From: the human T2T-CHM13v2.0 reference genome, Homo sapiens
NCBI RefSeq assembly: GCF_009914755.1
Contig: NC_060926.1
Strand: one strand, 5' to 3'
DNA: 64,000 bases
Shown: piece by piece, positions 40,660-53,680 of the stretch
Numbering within the stretch: the stretch's first letter is position 1
Layout of the letters: each line of letters starts with the position of its first letter
Translations under genes and position numbers: made by a program
Notes under the pieces: model-generated
Databases searched by the model: none
Seen by the model: only the letters and a program-made list of their open reading frames with translations
What the model was told of the DNA's origin: nothing

Positions 40660-41483
40660 ATGTGCATGAACTTTTAAGACAAACACAAGGCCCCACAAAA
40701 GTTAAGGTTTTCCCACCTAATTTCCAGGGGATCTTTTGGTGCAAAGCTGAGAAGCCCTTAAAAGTACACAGACAACTCCAAAGATTCAAGAGAGTTCATT
40801 CGGGGTGAGCCAGCCCACTGGGCAGACTGACCTTCAAAAAAGGCCCACCCATGACACACACCAGATGGCTCTCCAAGAATCTCTTCAGTCCTCAGGGTCC
40901 CTAAGGCACTGGACAGAGCTAGGAAAGCAAACCCATTTGCTTCTCCCTGCAGGAAACCCCTTGAGGTCAAGACCCCACAATCAGACAAGGATGGAGTGGC
41001 TCACCGTCAGTCAACAGGCCAGACTCAAGGTGGTATAATGTCTTAACCAAGGGTGCAGTCCTCCAGGTCTGACTCCCAACTCAGTTCTCCTTTAATAACC
41101 ACACTTTGTTAATTCTCCTTAACAGGAGTTCCTGACAAGTCAGTTCTCCCTCAGACCTTCAGTGGCCTCACCTAGAAGATGAGAGGGCTGGATCAGATGG
41201 AAATTCGGGGAGTAAGGGAATGTCGGCACGCAGCCCACCTCCCCCAAGGGACCCTGGAGCCTCCATCCCAGTTCCCACCATGCACCCGCCCCACAAATCC
41301 TGCCCAAGGTGGGGGCTGGTCCCGGGTCCTCCGGGTGCCGCAACAGCGAGGGAAGGAGGGAGGGGAAGCCTCCAAGGGCGCGACGCAGGCTCAAGGATGC
41401 AACTCGGCCAGGAGTGAACTGGGGACCCGAGGGAGGTATCCGGGCTGCTCCTCGAGCCCAGCCCGGGTCCCCGAACCCCTTAC

Positions 41484-41714
41484 CTCCAGGGTCCGTATCT
41501 CCTGCTGGGTGAGGCCGTTGGACACAGCGCACTTGGTGCGCAGCCCGTGCAGGCTGCCGAAGGAGATGCCGATGAGCTTCTGGAGCTGCCCGCACTGCTG
41601 CAGCGCCCGGCTGGCCGCGGCCCCTGCGCCACCCTCCGCAGCCACCCCATCACCCCCGCCCCCGCCCTCCTTCTTCTCTCCCATAGCCTCCCCGCGCAGC
41701 GCCGCTCTATGCAG
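41484..41714 (-). pseudogene. KSR1P1: KSR1 (kinase suppressor of Ras 1) exon-1 unprocessed pseudogene fragment, N-terminal CA1 region
   Basis: Translates (L)[76 protein letters not shown], recognisably the KSR1 N-terminus; ends at canonical donor GAG|GTAAGG (41483); no downstream KSR1 exons recognised in window. Exact paralog/locus name is uncertain. Confidence 0.88.
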
Positions 41715-41864
41715 GCCACAGTGGCCAAGGCGGGGAGCCCGGGGCGCGGGCGCCTAGGCAAGGAACCCCGGAGACGGGAGAGCTGGACCAGGAGCGCCCC
41801 TCGGCGGTGCCCTTACCAGGACGCCAGTAGAGCTGGCAGCCGAGTCTGCCGCTCCCGCCCTCAG

Positions 41865-42429
41865 AACCGCGGAGGCGGGGACAAAAAGCCGCGGCGGCGG
41901 GGGCAAAAAGGCACGGTGGCTGGGGCAAAAAGCTGCAAAAAGCACGGCTGCGGGGGCAAAAAGCAGCAAAAAGCCGCGGCGGCGGGGGGAAAAAGCCGCG
42001 GGGGCAAAAAGCAGCGGGAGCGGGGGCAAAAAAACACAGAAAGCCGAGGCGGCGAGGGGAAAGAGCCGCGGCGGCAGGGGGCAAAAAGCTGCAAAAAGCA
42101 GCGGCGGCAAAAAGCCGCGGCGGCGGGGGCAAAAAAACCGCGGCGGCGGGAGGCAAAAAGCCGCGGCGGCGGCGGGGGCAAAAAGCTGCAAAAAGCCGCG
42201 GCGGCGGGGACAAAAAGCTAGAGCGGCAAAAAGCCGCGCTAACGGGGGTAAAAAGCCGCGGCGACAAAAAGCCGCTGAGAGGGGGCAAAAAGCAGCGGGA
42301 GCGGGGGCAAAACACAAAAAGCCGCGGCGGCGGGGGCGAAAAGCCGCAAAAAGCAGCGGCGGCGGGGGCGAAAAGCCGCGGCGGCCGGGGCGAAAAGCCG
42401 CAAAAAGCCGAGGCGGGGCAGGGGCAAAA
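41865..42429 (+). repeat. GC-rich CAAAAAG-type tandem array, copy 2
   Basis: Same unit and orientation as 13319-13968 (CAAAAAGCCGCGGCGGCGGGGG). Confidence 0.92.
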
Positions 42430-42565
42430 TAGGAGAAATGAGGTAGGAGGCCAGCACAACTTGGCATTGCTGGAGTGTGATGTGATAGGAAAAGTGCAGC
42501 CAAAGACAAAAAAAGATGTAAGTTGGCTTGACTCAGTGCAGCTAAGAACCCAGATGTTATCTTGA
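42430..42565 (+). repeat. Duplicated array-flanking segment A, copy 2
   Basis: Matches 13969-14100. Confidence 0.92.
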
Positions 42566-44779
42566 GGGTATTAACTAATAAGCAGTTTAAATCAGAATGG
42601 CACATTCTGATTTGTTTTTTATATTCACATTTGGCAGGCATAGATACTGTTTGAAGAGAGTAAAGTCAGTAGATAGAGGTAACAAACTTAAATATGTGCC
42701 AAGTCTAGAAACAAGAGACTAGGGGGATAAGGACCTTTCAAAAGAAAATGCAAGATTTGAAAACTGATTGGCTGGGGGATGAGGAAAAGGCACGTCTTTA
42801 AGGTCAATCCCTGTTTTGCTTTAAGTTGTTAGGGGGTGGTTTTATCACATATTGTAGAATATGTCATTTCAGTTTTGAACATCTTGAGTTAAATTGTCCT
42901 AACATATTTTATGAATTTGATTTTCTTCCCTGGGAAGCTAGTATTTCAAAAACTTAAAGAGTATAGATTTCCAACTTGTATCCAATTTATAAAACTATCT
43001 CTAGGCTGCTGGTTTCAGGAGGAGGCTCATGAATATTCTATTTGCAGAGAATATATCAGGAGTTAACAACAGCGTCAGTATTTGTGGACGACCAGTTAAC
43101 TAAGCCACCTCTTAGTGTATTTAGATAGGAAATCTTAGCTGAAGATATTCAATAATGAACCAACAGTGACTAAAAAATTCAATATTTAAGTATATTTCAT
43201 TGCAATTAATTTGAATTTAAGTAGCCATATACAGCTAGTATTTACTACATTGAAAAATGCAAACAAGAGGAAAAAATTAATAACCATCCCTAATACCACA
43301 TGCCAAAATCCTCATCAATTTATTCTAGCTAAAGGAGTTGATCAGAAGCACCAATTTAAAGCACCAATCACTGTCGTTCTCTCAGAACCATCTCTTCTCT
43401 GAACAAAACAAGTAGAAGAGTTAATAGTGAATCTGCATTTTCCTTGCCTATTTTAAGGTTTTGATGTTGACACTAATTTGTGAAATCCCTCCTGTGGTGT
43501 GATATTTCGTTTTCCTTGCTTTTTGTTAGGACAAGAATGCTTCAGCTCTTAATTTAAAATTATGTTTCTCCCTCCCAGGTGGAGTGAACTTAGCATGCAT
43601 TCTCTGACATATCCAAGTTTTTGTTAATATGAATTTGGGGGGAAAAGCATACTTAATTAGCTAAGACTTCTTATTCTAGGCTTGACCCTGTGTTCGACAT
43701 CTTTTTAATTTGTAGTTGCATAGGCTGCTCTCTGACACTGGTTAGTGATCTGGAAGCTATATTAACGTTAGGAGAGGTGGTGTATGAGCACTAGAGGTAT
43801 CCTTGCAAGGGAAGACTTGTCTTATGTCAATACGTCTTTTTTTTGCACACAAGAAAGTCAATGTTTGAGTCTTCTAAAATCTTCCTATTTCCAAGTTGCA
43901 GAGTACAATTGATTCCTAAACAACGATCTAATTTTTGACTCAGAGACGTGGCAAGGTAGTGAATCACCATTATAATTTAACAATCTTCAAGATAAAATTA
44001 TTTCTCTGATATTTAGATTTTGCCCAATTATTAAGATATTTGGGTGTTTCGTTAAGAATGGAAGACTCTAGTCTCTTGAGCAGAGACTATAAAGGCCTCA
44101 GATGATCATTTATAATTTTATGCTCTTTTCTTTAACACCTTCAACACAGTTGGAAGCAGCCAATATTCCCCAGTGTTGTTGTGTTTTTTAAACCAAATGC
44201 ATGGTTCAGTGGTAGAAAACTGGGCTGATCCAAGCTGTTTTCAGTAAACACTTCATTTCAGGTGACCTATTTCATATTAAATAATCTCTAGATCCTGTCT
44301 TCAAAACTAACTAGATCAGATAACCTACCCTAGATTTTCCCCTTTAGGGTCTGTTAGCTGCAGTCACTTTTGTGAAAATGATTGCGATGAAAAGATAGAG
44401 TTGTAGATGGGGAAAATGTTTTGACTAATTTAAGCATAGTGGTATTTAATATGAGAATTTAAGTTACACACATTTGAAAATTATAATGGAGTCTCTTGGC
44501 TGAGCTTTAAAAAAAATAGCGTTTAGGCTAAAAAGGGAACTGCTACCTCTCCTAAAATCAGAAAGATGTTACAGTAATTCTCCATTCTCTAGAATTATCA
44601 GGAAGCACCTTTGTGATGATTTACTTTTGCTCTTGGGAGTGTGAGCCTGTGTAGTCGTGGAACCGTCAATTAGAGTGATGGCTTTCTGATCCCAAAGTCA
44701 TTCGTTCTGAAAACAATATTTTTCATAAATTTGAATGTGAGAAGTTTTGATCTTGCCATTCCCAAGTAACTCTCTTAAT

Positions 44780-45430
44780 AAGAGGCATCAGCATGCTTCA
44801 GTGACAGCTGTCACCTTCCAGTGCTGAGAGTCATCTTTGAGTTCTCCATTTCACTCCCTACACTCCAATTTAGCTGCAGTTCTCTTGGCCAGTCCTATGA
44901 AATACATCCATGGCCTAACGACTTCTCACCACTAATACCACTCATACTTACAGCATTCTCACCTAAGTCACTACCTTTTTTCTCTGGATTACAATAGCCT
45001 CCCAATTTATTTGCTCACATAACCTATTTATTCTACACAGTGCACCAGATACACCCCTTTGAAATGCAAACGGAATCATATTATTCTCTGGTGAAATTAT
45101 CTCATATATTCCTATCGCATTTAAAATTAATTCAGAATAATCCCATGATTATCAAAACCCTATGTGCTCTTCCACAACATGATTTACTTCCAAGATATCT
45201 CTTCTTCAACTTTTTTTTCACTGTACTGAATTGGTGACTAAAAGTCATATTTTTGTTTTTGCTTAAAAAGTCTTGACTTGTAAATTTTTCAGTTTCTCCT
45301 TTATCCACAGGTAACTCTTTCCTCATAAGGCGAATTGCTTGCTTCCTTGAGTTCTGCTCTCAAAGATACCCTTCATGTTCTACCTAATATTAATAACTTT
45401 AATCATTCATTATTCCATTACTATGCTCTA
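44780..45430. mobile_element. L2 fragments
   Basis: AGTCATCTTTGAGTTCTCC..., TCTCTGGATTACAATAGCCTCCC, TTCTACACAGTGCACCAGA L2-like motifs. Confidence 0.55.
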
Positions 45431-45924
45431 TAGTGTATACAATTTCTGTTCTTTGTCCTGTTATTAACTAAATTATTTATTTGTTCCAGTAACGTATTCC
45501 ATAAATATTGTACACATAAAAATTATGTTATTTTTATTGCTGTATGCTCAGCTGCCCAATAACAGTTTGAGGATTAACATATTTGTTAAATGCACAAATA
45601 CATTCTTTCACAAATATTTAATAATTTTATATTAAACTCCCTATATACTTACAGTATGAATTAGATAATTCAGAATAAACATTCCATTGGAAAAAACTAA
45701 ACAATTTGTTATAAAACATCCTTAAAAGCATCAGAAAGTTAATACAGCCATGAAGAATTACAGGACCAAATTAAGAACGGTATGGAAGCCTGTTTGTGAG
45801 GCTTATGTTTGGGTTATCTCTTTACTTAGAGTGACTATAAATCTCAAAAGAGAACTAAAGGGAGAAATAACCATATCTACTAACATGGTAAGGGTATTTA
45901 AACATCTCTTAGTAATTGAGAAAA

Positions 45925-46076
45925 TTGAAAGAAAAGAAAAAAGAAAGGGAGAAAGAGAAACAGAGCAAAAGGGATAATGAAGGAGAGAAAGAAGAAGAGA
46001 AAGGAAGAGGAAGAAAAGTAAAAAGGAGGAGGAGGGGGAGGGAGGAAGAAAGAAAGGTGAAAGGAAAGAAAGGTAA
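45925..46076. repeat. Polypurine (AG-rich) low-complexity tract
   Basis: Nearly all A/G on + strand. Confidence 0.9.
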
Positions 46077-46109
46077 AGTTTTTAACAACATAATTTATCC
46101 TTGTAGAAT

Positions 46110-47620
46110 ATGAATGTTGGTCTATTTGATGATGTCCCACAGATTCCTTAGTCTCTGCTCATTTTTTATCTGTTTCTCAGAATCAATATTTTCCATTTTC
46201 TTATCTTCAAGCTCATGACTTTTTCTGTGTGTGCAAATATACTCTTAAATCCCTCTGGTGATTTTTAAATTTTTATCATTGTAGTTTTCCACTCCAGAAT
46301 TTCTGTTATCTCTTTGTTGATATTCCTACTTTTTAATATTTTTTTCTGATTCCTTCATTTCTTTGTTTATGTTTTCCTTTTGACATTTGACATTTGAGTA
46401 TAATTAAGAGAGTTGTTTTAAAGTCTTTGTCTAGTAAGTTTGATGTCTGGGTTTCCTTAGAGATATTTTCTGTCAATTTATTTTGTCCCTTTGAATGACC
46501 CATACTTTCCCGTTCTTTGTATGCCTTGTAACTTTTTTTGAAAACTGGACATTATAATAATTATAATTACTATGTGGTTACTCTGTAAATCAGACCCCCC
46601 CCTACAAACATACTAACGTTCTGTGGTTTTAAATTTTATTTACTTATTATATTGTTAAGGATTTTTTTTTAGTGAAATTTTCCAAAGTGATTAACAAAAC
46701 TGTTTGCTTTATAAGGTGTGGTCACCCAAGTCTTTTTGTTTCCTTAACAAATGTTAAGATAATGTTTTGACTGATTTTCTTGTATGTCAGGAACTAAGCA
46801 AACAGGCAAATACAACAAAAACAAAAAGAAAAACAAGTAATCATTATCCAGCAAAATAGGTCTCTAGGCCATGCAGACTGGCTTTGTGCTGGGTTCTTTA
46901 AAGCCGGGACAAAGTGTGTGTTCACTCTTGCACTGAGTGAAGTTCAAGTTCACTCTTGCACAGAGCCTGCACTGAGGGGAGGGATCAGCGAAGGTAAAAG
47001 TGTAGGGTCTTCTTATGACATTTGTCAGCATGTGGCTTAACGTATGCATACATGTGACTTTCTAGACTCTCCCATGTACGTGAATGATTTTGAATGTCTT
47101 AGTTTTCCATATACTCTACTCCAACTTTTCTTCCTGTGCTGAAGGTGATCTACTATATGTGTAAACTCTAATTTTTGCCCTAAGCATCTGTGGCTTGTTA
47201 GGTCTCCTTGTAGAGTTTCTTAATAATGTCCATTCCTTATCTGTTCTGTATTCTAGCAACACACACAAAAAAGCCTTTCATTAGTCCTTTAGGTATCCCC
47301 CAGACCAGTCAGAACAGACACATAATAATTTGAGGGTAAGATCTTCTCTTGTTCCTTTGGACGATGGACCAGGTTTCCTCACTGGGAACGTGGGCTTCTG
47401 ACACTTCAAAACAGCCAATTTGCTGGGGCAAAGGCAAGTTAAAAACGTCATAAAGTTTTCAAGTTGTCTTGTTCTTGAGTCTGCTTTCACTTGGTTGTTG
47501 TAATCTTTTGACCATTTTCCAGAGTTTTGGCAAAGTTTATTCGGACAGTTTCTCTTAGTTGTGTGATGTTTCTGTGGGGAAGTGAAAGATTGCAGTTGTC
47601 TCCACTGCCATTTTGCTGAT
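46110..47620 (-). mobile_element. Old L1 (L1M-type ORF1/5' region) antisense fragments
   Basis: TGATGTCCCACAGATTCCTT, CACTCCAGAATTTC, TTTTAAAGTCTTTGTCTAGTAAG antisense ORF1 motifs; boundaries approximate. Confidence 0.6.
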
Positions 47621-47673
47621 GCTCCTCTTTTGTCAATTTTTGCTTCATGTTCTTATGCTTTGTTATTAGTTCA

Positions 47674-48095
47674 TGTATTAGTTTTCTAGGGCTGCCATAA
47701 CCAAGTAACACAAACTGGGTGCCTTGAACAACACAAATTTATAGTCTTATAGTCCTGGAAGCTAAAAGTCTGAGACTGAGGTGTCAGCAGGGATGGTCCC
47801 TTCAAGGGCTATGAGAGAAAGTCTGTTCTGTGCCTTGTTTCTAGCTTCTGGTGGTTTAGTGGCAGTCTTTGGCATTTCTTGGCTAATCTCTGCCCTCATA
47901 ATCACATGGTACTCTCCCTGTATGTATGTCTCCCTCTACTCAATTTTCTTCTTTTTATAAGGACATCAGTCATATTGAATTCAGGCTCATCTGATTTTAT
48001 CTTAACTTAATCACCTGCAAAGAACCTATTTCCTAATGAGGTCATATTCAGTGGTTAGGATTTCAGCGTCTATATAGATGAAACAATTTAGCTCA
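47674..48095 (-). mobile_element. MLT1B/C-like LTR
   Basis: TGTATTAGTTTTCTAGGGCTGCCATAAC...CACAAACTGGGTG; TTATAAGGACATCAGTCATATTG. Confidence 0.85.
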
Positions 48096-48892
48096 TATTT
48101 GTGCATACATGATTGTAATAGCTATGTCTTCCAAAAGTGCTGACCCCCTTATTACTACAATATAAATTTTTAAAATCCTATTCACATTTTTAATAGTCTA
48201 TATCGTGTGTTATGAGTATAATGAGTTCAGTGTTCTTATGATTGCTCTTTGCATGATATTTTTTGTCATCTTTTTACTTTCAATCCATTAGTATCCTTGC
48301 GTCTCAGCATATATTGGGATCACTTGTTTTAATCCAGTCTGAGAATCTCTGCCTCTTGAATGGATTTTAATCTGCTCACATTTAATATTATAATTGGTAT
48401 AATTCTATTTATGTCTGCCATTTTACCGTTTGTTTTGTGTATTTCTCAAATATTTTTCTTTATTGCTTTATTTTGCAATGAATGAATATTTTCTAAAATA
48501 TGGAACTTTAGATTACTAATGAATTATTTTAGTATATATTTTTGGGAATTTTTGTTGTTGTTGTAAGTTTACCATATAGGTATATGGAAAATTAATTATT
48601 CAAATCATCTTCCAATTTATACTAGTAAACTTTTAGTAATACATAGAAACATCATTCTTATACAAATCTCTTATATTTCCTCCATTTTAAAGTATTATCA
48701 CTTTACACATTATATCTATTAAAGTTACAAAGCCAACAATACATTTTAGTAATTACTACTTTACCATCTAGAGTGATTACCTTATCACAATACATTTTTC
48801 TTCCAACTACCTCCTCTTTGATGTTACTGGAAAATATGTTATAGATATATTACATTTCTACATGTCAAATACTCAGCAATACATTATGAGCA

Positions 48893-49198
48893 TATTATTA
48901 TTATTATTATTATCATTAAGACGGAGTCTCCCTCTGTCACCCAGGCTGGAGTGCAGTGGCACAATCTCTGCTCACTGCAAGCTCCATCTCCTGGCTTCAT
49001 GACATTCTTCTGCTTTAGCCTCCGGAGTAGCTGGGACTACAGGCACCTGCCATCACGTCCAGCTAATTTTTTGTATTTTTAGTAGAGACAGGGTTTCACT
49101 GTGTCAGCCAGGATGGTCTCTATCTCCTGGCCTCGTAATACGCCCACGTCGGCCTCCCAAAGTGCTGAGATTACAGGTGTGAGCCATCCTGCCTGGCC
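48893..49198 (-). mobile_element. Alu SINE (AluY-like) inserted in old antisense L1 sequence
   Basis: (TTA)n tail; CACTGCAAGCTCC and AGCCAGGATGGTCTC AluY-type diagnostics; TSD ATTAT..GCATATTATT. Confidence 0.92.
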
Positions 49199-49362
49199 AT
49201 TATACGCATATTATTTTATAAACAATTTATGATAAAGAGAAAACATGGATTTCTACTGTCTTTTATAATGTTAATATTACCTATACCAGTGCTTTTTTAA
49301 AAATGTGGATTCAAACGACTGGCTTGTGTAACTTGCTTTTAGCCTTAGGAATTTATTTTAGT

Positions 49363-49363
<1 letters not shown>

Positions 49364-49400
<37 letters not shown>
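49364..49400. repeat. Poly(T)37 homopolymer
   Basis: Uninterrupted T run. Confidence 0.95.
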
Positions 49401-49401
<1 letters not shown>

Positions 49402-49609
49402 TATGGTAGGTCTGCCAGCAACACCTTCAGTTAATATTTCTGTTTATCTGGGTAAGACTTTGTGTTATCTTCATTTTTGAAAAATAATTGCTGGATAAGG
49501 AATTGGTGGCTGACAGTTTTTTTTCCTTTGCATCTTTTGAATATATTATTCTACTGCCTCTTGCCTTCCATTGTTTCTGTTAAGTCAGCTGTTAATCTTA
49601 CAAAACCTA

Positions 49610-50070
49610 GGTGTTCAAAAAATAAACATGTGCATGAATATTTATAGCAGTAATATTCATACCGTCAAAAAGTGGAAACAATCCATATGCTTGTTTACTC
49701 ATAAATAGACACCCAATTTTCAGCTATAACAAAGAATGAAGTACTTATACATGGTATAATATGGGCGAAATTTGAAAGCATTATGTTAAGTGCACAAGAG
49801 GACAAATATTACTTGATTTTATTCACATGAAACACCAGGAATTGGCAAATTAATTGGGATATAAATCAGATTAGTGGTCATTAGGGCTCAGGGAAGCAGA
49901 ATAGGGTGTAACAACTTTATGCATAATGGGTTTTTAGAAGGGACATGACGAAATTTTCCTGGAACATTGTGAATATACTAAAAGCAAGTGCATTGTGCAT
50001 TGTATGCTTTAAAATGGTTGTTATTAATTTTATATTATGTGATTTTTTACCTTAAAAAACAAAAAAGAGA
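49610..50070 (+). mobile_element. Old L1 3' end fragment
   Basis: AAAAAGTGGAAACAATCCA, GAATGAAGTACT.ATACATG, TTTAAAATGGTT...TTTTATATTATGTG, A-rich tail. Confidence 0.75.
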
Positions 50071-52109
50071 AAATAGCCTTACTCTATATACAATAAATTC
50101 AAGATGTGTTACAAATTTATATGTGAAATCCAAAATAGTATAATATTTAAGGAATAGCTGAGTAGAATAACACTAAAATTTAACATAATGAAATATTTCC
50201 TTAAAAAAGAAAAAAGCACAGTAATTAAAAAGGGAAATATAGTTAATATTTTTTCTCTCCATTAAGCATGCCATTAACTGAGTAAAATATCAAGCTGCAA
50301 TATGTAAACTGCATTTTCTAAAACCATAAAGAAAATAAGAAATGAAAAGGGATTGGGGAAAAAAATCCAAAGGTACAGTCAACTACACAAAAAAACCTTA
50401 GTCTCATTAATCAGTATGAAAATGCAAATTGTAACTGAAATAAGATAAAACTACAATTCAAAGAGAAAGCCTAAAATTTCAACCCCCCAAAAATTCTGGG
50501 TTTTGGAGAGCTGGGATGGAATAGGGCTGCTAACCTTACAACAATGAAAGAACCAAACTAACTTCAAAGTCATGACTTTATTTTTATAGTAACCAGGTTG
50601 CGAAGAACTGAGTAAAAATGTGAGGGAAAACAAGCAACTGCAAGGAGAAAGAGGACAGATGCACTTACATAGGACAGATGCAAATAGACACCACTATGAC
50701 AAGTAAAGCTGGAATAATCAATAAATTCCTAAAGACAAAGTGGGGCTGGTCAGATTGGGAGACCGCTGACAGCTGCAGAAGTTGGGAAAGATCCATCATC
50801 TTGAAAACTTTTTCCCCACAAACCCACTGTGATCTCTCAAGCAATTGGTAAGGAATCCAAGACAGTCTGTATATGATACAGATCAGGGAGAGCAGAACAC
50901 TTGGGAGGTGACCAGGTCTTGGGGGCCGAGCCCTTATGAATGGGATTAGTGCCTTTATAAAAGAAGCTCAATGGAGTTCTTGTGTGCCTTCCACTATGTG
51001 AGGACATAGAAAGAAGGCACCATCTATGAACCATGAAATGGGCTCTCATCAACACTGAATTTGTGAGCATCTTGACCTGAGAACTTACAGCCTCAAGAAG
51101 TGCGAAAAAAGAAATATCTGTTGCTTTTTAGTCACCTGGTTTATGTTATTTTGTTATAAGAGTCCAAATAGACCAAGATATTCCATTCCACTTAATATGT
51201 AGGGGAAGACAACAAAAACTGCCACACTTAGAATACTCCTGATGCTGGGAGTATGAAAACAGGAAAAACAAAACAAAACTGCTCTTGAAGGTGAAGGAGG
51301 AATATCACTGAGCTCACCAACACAGCAGGAAAAGAACAGTGAGAAGGCTACATTCATGAGACCCTGAGAAAAAGTACCTGCATAAGACTGAGATGAAATT
51401 ACCTACCCTAGTTATAATTGAAATCCCAAAAAGAAAAGAGGAAAAAATAATGGAGCAAAAGAAATATTTTTCAAAATAACTGCCAAAAATATTCTAAAAG
51501 AAGTGACAGAAAATCAAACTTCAGATATAGGAAACTCAGAGAATGTCAAATAGAACAAAAATAAGAATTACATCTTGAAAAATCTTTAAAAAATCAACTC
51601 TAAATTTTATATCTTGCTCCAAATATATAGAGATATAAATAGGTTATCATCGAGATATGGAGAAAGCCATGTCATGGAAACAATAAAATAAAGCTGTGGA
51701 AGGGCTACATTGATATTAGACACAACAGAGTTCAGAACAAGAAATAGTATCAGAGTTGAGAAGTAATAAGTAATATAATAATCAATTCTTAAGAAGATGT
51801 GAACATCCTACTAATTAGGGTATGCAGCTAACAACAGAACCTCCAAATACATGAGGTAAAACAGGAAAGAAATCAAAGGTGAACTAGAAAAATCCAAAAT
51901 TATATTTGCAGACTTCAACACTTTTGTCTTAGTAATGGACAGACTAGGCAAAAACTCAGTAATCATATGGAAGATAAGAACAACAATATCACCAACAAGA
52001 CATCCAATCTTCAATGGCAGATACTCTTTCCTTTCAAGTGAAAAAAAAAAAAAAAACAACAACAGTATGGCATATTCTCTAACAAACCCAGAATTTCTAA
52101 TATTTGCGG

Positions 52110-52556
52110 TCTTCCTTCCTTCTTTCCATCTTCCTTTCTCTTCTCTTCCCTTCCCTTGCCTTCTTCCTTCCTTTCTTCTTTTCCTCTTTCTTTTCTCTCT
52201 GGTTTTCTTTCTTTTCTTTCTTTTTTCTCCTTCCTTCCTTCTCTCCTTCTTTCTTTCCTCATTCTTTCTTCCCTCCATCCTCCCTTCCTTTCTCCCTCCC
52301 TTCTTTTCTTCCTTTTCTCTTATTCTTTCTTTCTCACTTTCTTGCTTTCTTTCCTTTTTTCTCCCTTCCTTCATCCCACCTTTTCTTCCTTCATCCCTCC
52401 CTTTCTTTCCTCCTTTTTCCTTCCTTACTTCCTTCTTTACTTCCTTCCTTCTCCTCTTTATTTTCTTTGTTTCTTGCCTTTTTCTCTTTTAACATTCTCT
52501 CTTCCTCCTTTCCTTCCTCCCTTCCTCCTTCCTTTCTTTATTCTTTCTTTCTTGTT

Positions 52557-52607
<51 letters not shown>

Positions 52608-52791
52608 CTGTCTCTCTTTCCTTCTTGTGTTCTTGCTTTCTTTTTTCTCCCTTCCTGCCTTTCTCCCTTCCTCCCTCCCTCCCTTCCTTCTCTGATTTCC
52701 TCCTTCTTTTCTTTCTTCTTTCTTTCTTTCCTTCCTTTGTTCTTTCCTTTCTTCTTTTTTCTTTCTTCTTTTCTTTTCTTTCTTTCTCTTT
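52110..52791. repeat. Polypyrimidine tract including (TTTC)n
   Basis: ~680 bp C/T with perfect TTTC run near 52555-52605. Confidence 0.95.
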
Positions 52792-52877
52792 ACTACAATT
52801 CATATTATTTAAAAAATTTAAGAGAGGGAGGCAGAAAAATAAAGAACACTTTAATCTGCAGGTAAATAGATTATGTC

Positions 52878-53680
<803 letters not shown>

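Larger units (their letters stand above)
41220..42429. promoter_or_regulatory. CpG island (KSR1-derived exon 1/5'UTR fused to CAAAAAG array)
   Basis: Abrupt high GC and CpG density against AT-rich background; promoter activity itself is not demonstrable from sequence. Confidence 0.7.

Noticed and set aside
41391-41714. Functional full-length KSR1 gene
   Set aside because: No further KSR1 exons recognised, intron side runs into a satellite array after ~2.8 kb, upstream side runs into a tandem array, and several conserved CA1 residues appear substituted.
41547-42641. 224-295 aa ORFs across the second GC-rich array
   Set aside because: Same repeat-driven open frames; only the KSR1 frame (41484-41714, minus) has recognisable homology.
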